From Balanoglossus misakiensis (taxonomy: Eukaryota > Animalia > Hemichordata): a stretch of 64,000 nt of DNA. The notes beneath the pieces were generated by a model. That model saw only the letters and a list, made by a program, of their open reading frames with translations, was not told the DNA's origin and searched no databases. The position numbers and the translations under genes were made by a program. Location of the stretch: positions 2,764,144 through 2,828,143 of the forward strand of contig CM082588.2 in NCBI GenBank assembly GCA_040954595.2, written 5' to 3'. Positions 28,201-38,451 of this stretch are shown piece after piece (the first letter of the stretch is position 1; each line of letters begins with the position of its first letter).

Positions 28201-31200
28201 AGACGGGGACGGCAAAGCGACTGACAAACGCCGCCGACAAAAAGACGGCTAAAGTCTCTCCCACCCTGTGTTTGCTAACAAAATGCCCTGATTGAGTGGG
28301 AGGGGTATGTCGACAGCCTTTATGATCCAGGAGTGTTCGGTGGATGCCGTTTCCATGGTAACCGGGGCGCTCGTCACAATAAGCTGTGTCCATGCCTTCT
28401 TTGCAGGCACCCAGCTCGAGCGGGTTTACCCGGCGTTGGATTGACAATCATTCTGTACAAAAAACATGACGACATGGCCTCAAATTGTAATAAAGAAGAG
28501 CACCTAAAACGTCCAGAAAATCTTCAAGTTGTCAATACAAATAAATCCGCCTGCAACTTTATTTTGCTATAAAAGTTGTAGTTAGAACTCTAAGTTTGCT
28601 ATCTCCCGTCAAGAAATAGAAACCCGCTCGGCCATTGTGACACAAAACCAAACATTGTCGAAACTAATGACATTTATTTTCTTATAGTTGGGAGTATCTA
28701 CTCGGAAAGTGTCGCTTAATAATCCTTTTTTGGGGGGCGTATTTAAGGACAAAATCGGCAAGCAAAAAGCATGCCAGCAAAATTACAAGTTTTTTCTTCT
28801 CTTTTATGCTCATTGCAACGGGGATGTGAATATCTCCCCGGTTGTCAAATTCATCCACTTAGCGAATCGCTTTTAATAGCGCTTTAATATGTCACTATTA
28901 TGACAAGCACATTGAGACAAGTGGCGAGGGGCTGTGTCCATGCTCCGAGCGGAGTTCTCTCCATTAAGTTGTTGTCGGCGAAATCGCTTGGCGTTCCCGT
29001 CAGCGGCGACTCAACCCCCGTCTTTTGTCATGCGTTCCATTTGGTCTCGGCATGCCCCCGACAGAATTGCTTCTAATCATCGCGAATTTGGCCAAATTAG
29101 TCACAAAATAGGTCAAATTACACGCTTGCCGTTTCCCGCCGTTGATCAGTTCTTTCCGCCCTGACAATGCTTAACGGTAAAAGATTGCAGTGTCGCAATT
29201 ACGATCCGCAAGTGAGGTTCGCTGACAAGTACGCGGGCATTAAAACGCCGTTAGTCGCAATTTCTCGTAATGGCGGCCAATTTCCAAGATACATGTATTT
29301 AAAGCGTGTATACGTTTCAGCCGACACAAACAAACGCATTTCGAAACATCAAAACACCGAAACGGAATTGAAAATGCAATTTATTATAATAAAAACGAAA
29401 TTAGCGCCTGTTGTAATTAAGTTCGCCTCATGAAAGCAGACATGGGGCCTCATAATGAAGGGGAGAAGTTTTTGGCCTTTTCATATGCGACAATTTGCGA
29501 CTCCTTGTGTCGCTAACGACCTCGCGCCTTCAATGAAGTGTATGCGTAATTTGCCAAATCCATGCATAGGCGAAATGTATACAGTTTCCCTGGTATTTTC
29601 ATAAAACATGGAGAGGTTCCGTGACACTATGTAGTTTTAGCATCTATGAAATTCGCCAGTCATTTTAAAATCAAAGTATTTTTGCCGAGAATGAGTGCAA
29701 CGGAGTTTAGCGTATGGTCAGAGGTATCTGTTTTGCCACCATGCGTGGATGTGAGTAATAGACGATTGACTGAACTGTAGAGGTGTTTTTTTTCTCGATC
29801 ATTTTTAACGGCAAATTACACCAATCCGACAAATTTCCAGATAAGTCTGGGTCGAGGAGGAATTCCTTGATCGAGGATGCACTCCGCTCCAGGCCATAAA
29901 ACACTTTTCAGAGAAAACTTGATCATAGCCCTCGGGATATGTGTTGTCTCATGTCAACCTTATCCCGTTTTAGGTCAGTAAGGCCTGGTACGAGGATGGG
30001 TACCCCCGATATCCCTGGATCGAGGATATCCTTTCCACAGGTGGTCTTAGGTCCCGCTGTACAAGCATTTACCTCGATTGGTTTATGCAGCATTTGTGAA
30101 CTGGTTTTTCAACCGTTCGCAGCACGAAGGCCAGTGTGATTACCGGGAAATAAAATTGTCCCCTTTTCAAAGTTCCAACTCTCCGATTTTTCCCCCAGGC
30201 CATTATATTGATGAAATATATTTGAGAAGTCAGTGGGACGCAATGCAGTGGGAGACAGCCTTTTGTCCCGTCAATTCCAACTTTCCCTGAACAAGTGAAC
30301 GAATTAGTCATCAGCGTCGTATTAAAAAAAATTCACTGTTGCCCTCTGCAATTCAGTGACAGCCGTCTAAATTTCATGCATACAAGAAATTTTCTGACAA
30401 GCCTTAGTTATGTGTGAGGGCGTTATACTCTGACGAAATGTCTTTTCCCCACAAAGTGACTGATAAAAAATGATGGCAATATTAATTGGATCGACTGATG
30501 GAAAACTAAACTGCTTCAGGCGTTTTGGTGGCAAAGTGGAAAAATCAATAAATGTCAAACAAAACAGCCCGTGGTTACAATTTCAGGAGTAACTGGGACC
30601 CTGCAGATTTGCAAGCAGATAATTTTAGTGCGTGAATCCGTCGTGGCACTGCTTAAAACGCTGTCCGAATGGCCGAGACACAGTGGTTGAGACGCACGGT
30701 GGATTGCAGCGTGCATCCCATGAATCATTGCGCCCATCACTGGCCTTTTCTCTATTGAAGATATTCCCTAGCCGAAACAGAATCGAATACTCCAGCCTTG
30801 TTGAGACTTTGAGAACACTAGTACATGCATGCTGGCCACACGCTGCATGACAATTTTGCCTTTTCCCAGTCCCGTGATGTTCAAGGTCACTTTGAGTGGC
30901 TGTAGCTTCTGCGCATGCGGTTCAGCTTACTGAGTTACGCATTCCGAGCTACTTATGTCTTATTTTATACCACAGTCAGTGGAGTGACTGTGATCTGGAA
31001 TTGTGTTTTCCCAGACTTTTACTCTAGCCTGTTAGCGATGATGGCGGTATTGAAATCTGCATCGCACCACAGCATAACTTTCATTCGAACGATGGCCTAT
31101 AATTTGCTTGGAAAATCATGTTAGATTTTTTTTCGAAATAAAATCTCCAAATACATATTTGTTGGTACGATGATTTGTCGTACAGAACTGGCGTAGCGCT

Positions 31201-33792
31201 TAGAAAGCGGGCCTCGTCGCTTTACAGTCGAGAACAATAATGCATTATGAGAATGAAAAATGAACAGTCAGAACTCAGCCGCGTTTTCTTTCTTTCTCCA
31301 GTTAACATATGTAGCTTTTTACCCGTCGGAGTCAGCGTCGAGTGATATCCATTCTGTGTGGCATAGTTGGGACTTGATGCCCGTGAAAAGGTTATGAATA
31401 ATAAAATCTAATTTATTAAGTCTGGGGACAATGGCCGGGTGTGCCGCCTCGTCGTGGGTTAGGTGATTCGCCATTGCCTGGCAGTTGGGCGCGAAATTGA
31501 CGGCGTTTTGTTCGCTCTTCAATCGCGTCCATTCGGTGTCTATACACACACGCGCGCCACACACGGCAGTTGCTTTTGTGCACTCCGCTGAGAGAAATAT
31601 GCCACCATAGGACGAGATGGCGACGAGCTGAACTGTGAGGCCCGGCGTTTCCCACCAGCTACTGATCGCCAAGCTGCCTCGGTGGGACCGGGGCGCTTTG
31701 TGACGTCGTGGCCGAGGCGCCGTTTAAATGTGGACAGCCACGAACAAAGACCCTGGGACTCCACAGCTCTCCAGTGAAAAGTGTCCGTGTAACTTCTCGC
31801 TACTTTAATCGATAACGGCGCATCTTGTCGTTGAGTAAGTCCGGGTCCTAATGGACCCAACCAACGTCCCTGCATTCGCCAGCATCTTTGTAAAAACCAA
31901 CATGAGTTCCACAAAGGAAATCCCAAATGATATTTTTGCGATTTATTTTAGAAGAAGAAATGTTTGGATGGGAGTCTTACATGTATCGGAAACGCGCAAC
32001 GGATAACCACCTGTTGAATGCTCCCATCAAAAATAAAGATCTGAAACTGATTTGTACAGTGGATATTTGTACTTTAACATGGGCTGAAACCTATAGTGGT
32101 ATTCGTTGTAAAGATTAATAAAGCGCCGCTTTGTTCCGTCTGCGGACGGGAATCGCTGGCAAAAAGCGAATCGAGGTAAATGTGCGAGGTGGACAAAAAA
32201 AATCACGAACAGCAGTTCGAAAATTACGTCAGACTCCTCGGTCCAACGTCGTCGAGATTTGGGGGGCACGCGACGCGAGGCAGTCAATAGAGTCGGAGCG
32301 TTTCTGCACAATGTCCACTTTGGGAGTTATTGTCTGCTCTCTCGAAGTACGGAGAGGTTTTCCCATCGTTGGCGGGGGACGTCGAACTCAGAGCAATATC
32401 CAGCGTCTTCGCCGACACGTGCTGTCGTCAGAGAGATCTGCTGATCTCCGAGAGATAACGGACGAGTAAATGCGGATTATTCTATCAGATTGTAGTCATT
32501 TTCGCCGGGAAGAATAAAACTCGTCGCGAAATCCAGGAAAGGCGGCTGCTTGCCCTACTTAAAGTTCGCTTTGTGCTCTGATGAATTAAGCAAATAATCA
32601 AAAGACGTATTCCGGAGCAATTATTGTTTTCCGATTGGAATTTAGTGTTGCTATATAAAAGGCGTGTTTAAAAACCACCACTTTGGCACAATTTACCAAT
32701 CAAAGTTTCATAATAGCTTTAATTTTCTGAAACTCGAAGCGTATGGAGTGTTGAACACCTACCGGGGCGTCCGCTAGGGCACCGTATTAATGGATACCTT
32801 CAATGGCGGGTTGATTAAAACGTACTGTGCATAAATGGATGATTTCACATTATTTAACTGCGATTGATCGTCGGCAGCCTGGAGCGCATGCGTGCAAAAT
32901 GAGTATCTCGTCTGGTACTCTGCGTCGTTGAAGTTAAAACTCAGGCGAGGTTTCATAAAGCAAGATTAGGTTAACCCCAGGTCGCATGAACGGTGGCTAA
33001 ACACGTCGAAGCGTATGGATCGCTCTGCGATTTTGTCCTCTGACCAGCAGAAGGCGAGAAAGGCACACAGAAGCATAGATTTTAGCAAACAGTTGTACAC
33101 TTGGACTGCATTATGATGAGCAGTCTGACCCAATCACTGCACGGAAAGTTAACGCCTAAAAAGCTGCGTTGTACACTTAACATTTGCGGGTCAGCGAGTG
33201 ACCCTGAAACCGGGCCCTGACACATTTATTCAGGCAGAATTGGCCAACGACAAAACTCGAACGGGCACCTGTCCGTCCCATTCTAGGATCTGTAATCCCA
33301 CTTTCTATGATGGCAAGAGACAACCTTGATGGCCCGCCGCCATTACGCGGGGCCAATTTTCGGCGCCTTTCTTCACCCCTTCCGACAAAGTATCGCTCGA
33401 GTGCCACCGATCTAACTCTTTAAACATCAACTCGTTCTCAATGAACCCTGCTGGCTTTTTACTCGTTTGATGGGGACTTCAGACTTAATGATGCGTGTAA
33501 TACTTATTGACGACATCATGGGTAGCGATGGAGTGCCCATTTGCGTGTGAAACTCCACCAAACGTTTGTTGACAGTTCACAAATAACTTGGATATGTAAA
33601 CTTCTTGTCCATTCTAGCCTCGTGCTTAATTTCCCCCACGGTTCGGGGCGCAGCGACGAACAGTACCAGTGTGCGCCCATTGAAAAGCGATTGGCCCCTC
33701 CCGCTATACCGTTCGTGGGAAAGCCAACATTATCGGCCTCTCCATTCCGTACGAATGCGTCTTCTCATTGGCACACCCTGTATAACTTGACC

Positions 33793-33884
<92 letters not shown>

Positions 33885-35841
33885 AAATTCTACTGTTAAT
33901 TGTTCTTCACAGCTGTACAACACGAAAGAGGACCCAGAAATTCGACTATCCGTAAACAGATGGCGCTTTATCTCAAGGAAACATCGGGCAGGGATGACGT
34001 CAACGCGGGAATGCCGCCAAATCTACGTCACGGCCCCGCGTTCATGAATACAATATTAGGCAGTGACCCGTATGCTGGGATAACCATCAGCGCTCTGGAC
34101 TTCCCACAGCCAATCCTGTCCTCCGACATGCACGCTCCCATCATTTGCCAACCAATGCCAAAGGTGAGCACGTGACCACCTGTTGATTTTAAATACAACA
34201 GGCTAAGACAATGCAGGCTCTTTAATTTTAGTATTACCAGAACCATGTTATACCTGTCAAAAATACCACTGAAATTACCACCATCTATCAGTCATGACAG
34301 TATACAACACAGCAAACATGTATAGCAGTATCACAATACTATAAAGGCAACCGAATTTTAAATGTCTTGCTTCACTTTCATTATTTTCAGTATCCCTACG
34401 AATTGACTCCTGCATATTGCAGTAACCCGGAAGCAATCTGCGAAACGGCAGCCAGACTCTTATTCATGAGCGTCAAGTGGGCCAAAAATGTCCCAGCATT
34501 CCTCAGTCTTTCCTTCAGGGACCAGGTAAATTTATTGAATTTTCTTTCAGGGTGGATTTGTCTCATATCGTCTTTTCTCTATGTAATATAATCTACGGGG
34601 CGTATGCACGTGTATTACATTCAACTTTGCATACTTTATGCTAAGCCTTGAACGTGTAAATAAGTACAGACCCGTCTGAGACCAGATTTTCAATGCAGTA
34701 TTTTTGCATTCGTACCACAGTTAGTACTTCTCGAAGAAGGATGGCGGGAGTTATTCGTCTTGGGAGCGGCTCAGTGGCAGATGTGTATGGAGATTGGACC
34801 GCTGCTGGCTTCGGCAGGTAAGGCTGGTTATTTACCCAACGCAAGAGCGTACAACCAGACAGGAGTTATCCATTGGAACCTTGCCTTTGGGCCTGTTTAT
34901 CAATTAATGAGTAATTTCTGATCTACACCCCTTTGTTTGTAAAAATGTTTCCTGACTATATTTTTGTTCATTTTCTCTAACCCAGGGCTCAGCACGGATC
35001 ACACAGCTCCAGAGAAAATTGTGACAATAATGAGTGAAATGCGAATATTCCAAGAAATCATTGCCAAATTTAAACAAATGCAGGTGGACGCCACAGAGTA
35101 CGCCTGTCTCAAAGGAATCGTTATATTCAAATCAGGTGAGTTATCATGGGGAAATGGGGCCAGGAGAGAAAATGACAGACATTCATTCAGAGACAGAGGG
35201 GCAGAAAACAGATCCTGAGCTGCGTAGGCTGAGCTGTGGAGCAACTGACAGGATCTGTATAATACAGTGTTGTGGACAAAGAGTTTTGAGTGTCTGAAAT
35301 TTCTGCCTGTCCCAGCACCTGTATGTCTAAACACCTGTGTACAAGGCGTGTTTTCACAGCAGTGGACAGAGTCAGAAATTACATCACCGCACACATTCCT
35401 GACTGTACTCGCCACAAGCTGCTGCAAATAGTGTCTGCATTGGTACTGCCAGACCCCCTTTTCCACAGACATGTCTAGTAGTCTGCTTGTGGTCTTCGAA
35501 CTGTTCAGATTTATTTCAACGATGAAAAGCAATGGTGAGTAACGCTCGTTCTTTTCTCCGCCGCCATTTCAGTGTTTCCAGACTCGCCGCATGAAGTGAG
35601 GGGCGTTCGCGACTTCCACGCCGTCGCCACGCTACAGGACCAGGCGCAGCTGACGCTCAGCAAGTACATCCAGACCAAATATCCAACTCAGCCGTTCAGG
35701 TTCGGCAAACTCCTTCTGTTGTTGCCGCAGCTACGAGCCATCCGACCAGCGACGATCGAGGAACTCTTCTTCCGCAAGACCATCGGCAGCATACCGATCG
35801 AGCGGCTTCTGTGTGACATGTACAAAGCGAACGATTTCTGA
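16257..35841 (+). CDS. NR2E1: Tailless/TLX nuclear receptor NR2E1, 7 coding exons
   Basis: Exons 16257-16281 (MNKTSTTS), 23582-23815 (DBD: [46 protein letters not shown]), 33913-34163 ([16 protein letters not shown]), 34391-34525 ([15 protein letters not shown]), 34721-34817 ([13 protein letters not shown]), 34986-35135 ([16 protein letters not shown]) and 35573-35841 ([23 protein letters not shown]). All introns are GT-AG with compatible phases. Confidence 0.97.
33793..33884. repeat. (ATG)n microsatellite, about 30 units, at the 3' end of NR2E1 intron 2
   Basis: Pure ATG run ending about 28 nt before the exon-3 acceptor at 33912. Confidence 0.97.
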
Positions 35842-36133
35842 AAGTGCCTTTTTTTCTACACAGAATTATTTATTATATAAAATCATGTTGACAAAAGAGG
35901 CGATATTTTCATTTAAACACGAACAACACACTGCCTCGATCGAGGATGTGTCTAAATTAACTACCCTTTGATTGGTCAGAGTAGTCAGGTGATATTTAAG
36001 ACTTAACTTAAAGTTTTTCTTTTTTATTTCTAAAAACGCGACAAAAATGCAAAACTCCATGCTTCCAAATTTATCAATAAACAAAAAAACTTTCTTTTTT
36101 GAAATAAAAAAGTTAAAATAATGTATTTACACG

Positions 36134-36160
36134 TAACCAAAGTGCATTCAATGTGCCTTA
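36134..36160 (+). promoter_or_regulatory. Adjacent miR-9 (TAACCAAAG) and miR-124 (GTGCCTTA) seed matches in the NR2E1 3' region
   Basis: TAACCAAAG (36134-36142) is complementary to miR-9 nt 2-10. GTGCCTTA (36153-36160) is a miR-124 8mer site. Confidence 0.5.
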
Positions 36161-37042
36161 ATCTCATTCCTGAGCTATAAGTAACCGATCTTCCACATAA
36201 CTTGGACGCAAAACCAAACCTTTTTGGAATTTCATACTTAAATGCTGTATTTATGTACATAAAATGTTTATAGTAGTAACATTGTCCGATGTGATCTTTA
36301 AGTTATTATTCCGACAAATTTTCGAAGAAAATTGTTTTAGCGAAGTAGGAGACATAACTGTTTTGACATTCCGTCATGTTCTGTAGCACATTGATGTTTT
36401 TGTTATTTTGTCCATAAGTATGTCCAATATCCTCAGAGAAACCTGTTTTATCATTTTTCGATGACTTTGGCTCAATCCTTCTTTGCAACCTATTCATACA
36501 AGGATAGTCGTTTGCCTCAGTGGACGTTGAAAACACATGACGTGATTAACTGAGATAGATTCTGTATTTCCACAAAAGTGCCTACACATCTTACGAGTTG
36601 TAATATACGAAAGTACGACATGTAACTCACCGCAAGAGGGAGCTCTAAGCCTGAATTTCCAAGGATTTCCAGCAGTACAGTACTGTGTACATGCTCTATC
36701 GTTATGAGTAAACTAATCTCAGTATATGCCAATTGCCTTATCTTTTACTGAATAAAAATGCCTATGAGGCCATTCAGCTTATACTCCTAGTTTTTGTCCT
36801 AATTTCTTGGAGCCTCGCGCCTCTTATCTGACGCTGGGCACGTGGACCATAATTTCCTTTGTAGTCTTGTCATCCAGATTCGCCAGGTGCCAGAATGATT
36901 CCGTTGAAATAACTATAAGACAGACGCTATAAAACTCTTCATTGCAATTTTAATATGTGTAAACAAAACCTACATTGAATATATGTGAAACATGATTAAC
37001 TTTATAGTTAGCCTTAAATTTTGTGAATGTTATCAACTATTG

Positions 37043-37291
37043 CTAATGCAGTCTTCTCTTGACACTTAGTGTTGATGAAAAACTGTGTTCATTCCGTTGT
37101 TCGCTAATCTGGTGTTGTGGCACACCGATCTCAAGGCTTTCTTCCACCATTAGTGACGAGATGGCGATCGGGCTTGCTGAGATTGGCCTCATGTATGCCG
37201 AGTCCGGTCCCGGCAGGGGGCGCACTTTCTCCATGGGAACCGATACTGGCAAGGCGTTGGATAAAATTGTCTGGACCTTTGTGCGCGCGCG

Positions 37292-37340
<49 letters not shown>

Positions 37341-38121
37341 GTCAGAAGTCAAACGAAAGAGAATAAAACCTGTGCCAAAACATTAAAATTTGAGAAGAAA
37401 AGAAATGCACCTCTAAGTCGCCTGAGTCGTAATCTCCGTCATCGACACCTGTGATGTTTTTAACCGCTGCAGCTTCGCTTGTCCCATAGTTTGCTGCATT
37501 CTGGACAGAGTAAAAACTTGTACTTTCGTCGTAGTCTTCCGCCCAAGCGCTTTCTCCATCGTCTCGGAACCACTGAACGTTGGCTGGTGTATTTCCACTC
37601 TCAGTTCTCGTCCAGTCAACGTCACTTTTTATCATTTCATAGTCATTTCTCAGCCAATCTGCATAATTATAATTTGTCACACTTTCGTCACGGCCATGCT
37701 GGATCCATTCGAATTCGCATTTGTTTGGGTCATTGTCATTTAGAAGCCACGCGACTTCATTTTGCCCCGCCTCGTCCTCGTCACTTCTCGGCCAGGCATC
37801 TTCAAGTGTCGACCCGTCTCTGTAATCATTCGCAGCGGTACAACCAAGTTCTTCTCTCGGCCCGCTCTCGCCAAGCCTTACCCAACCCACTTCATCGTTT
37901 GTCCCGACCTTGGCCTCGCTAAGATCCAGTAGCGATTCGCCAACTGTCCCTTCGTCACTTGCATCCAACCAAACCACATCATCACTCGACCATGTGTTGT
38001 CGCCTTGAAGCCATTCAAAATCAGGTTTGAGCCAGTCCCCATCGTGAATCGACTCCAGTACGTTATCATCTGCTCCACCTTCGTCGCCATTTCGCTTTCC
38101 ATTCTCTTGAAGTTGACTCAT
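37043..38121 (-). CDS. Uncharacterised acidic, Trp-repeat protein (orphan); probably 2-3 exons
   Basis: A long ORF from ATG 38121 is rich in D/E/N/G with periodic W. Donor GAG|GTGCAT at 37411 joins in frame to acceptor AAAG|GTC at 37276, which follows a (CT)n tract, giving a stop at 37043. An alternative terminal exon 36912-36824 is possible. Confidence 0.6.
37296..37340. repeat. (GA)n plus poly(G) microsatellite
   Basis: Seen directly; it forms the polypyrimidine tract of the putative minus-strand intron. Confidence 0.9.
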
Positions 38122-38451
38122 CACAAGCGATGGAAGCCTTCACTATAAAAACCTCGTTGAAACTGCATTCCAGTGTCATTCTAAACGAATGGCCCATAGT
38201 TCTAACAGCATTTCTGGCGCGCGCGCGTCACTTGCTACACTTGGAGCCCACAAGGGACTGTGCGCCCCAACAATATAATTGCTACTTCTGAAAAAAACTT
38301 TACTTCCGTGTTAACATCCTTTTTTGTTGACACATTTCTGAAAAGACGCAAGCGAGGCACCCCTTATATAAAACAAAGGGCATGGCGTATCTTAGCCTAG
38401 GGTGGCGCTGTAGCGACCCGGAAGTAATCCAAATTGACCTGGCGATTCAAA

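Noticed and set aside
2000-33900. Scattered AAGTCA (TLX half-site) hexamers suggesting autoregulation
   Set aside because: The count seen by eye is not clearly above chance for AT-rich DNA; an enrichment test would be needed.
33541-34047. 168-aa ORF with a poly-Met run
   Set aside because: Artefact of the intronic (ATG)n microsatellite; it is out of frame with NR2E1 exon 3.
34999-35532. 177-aa minus-strand ORF
   Set aside because: Antisense shadow of NR2E1 exon 6 and the adjacent intron.
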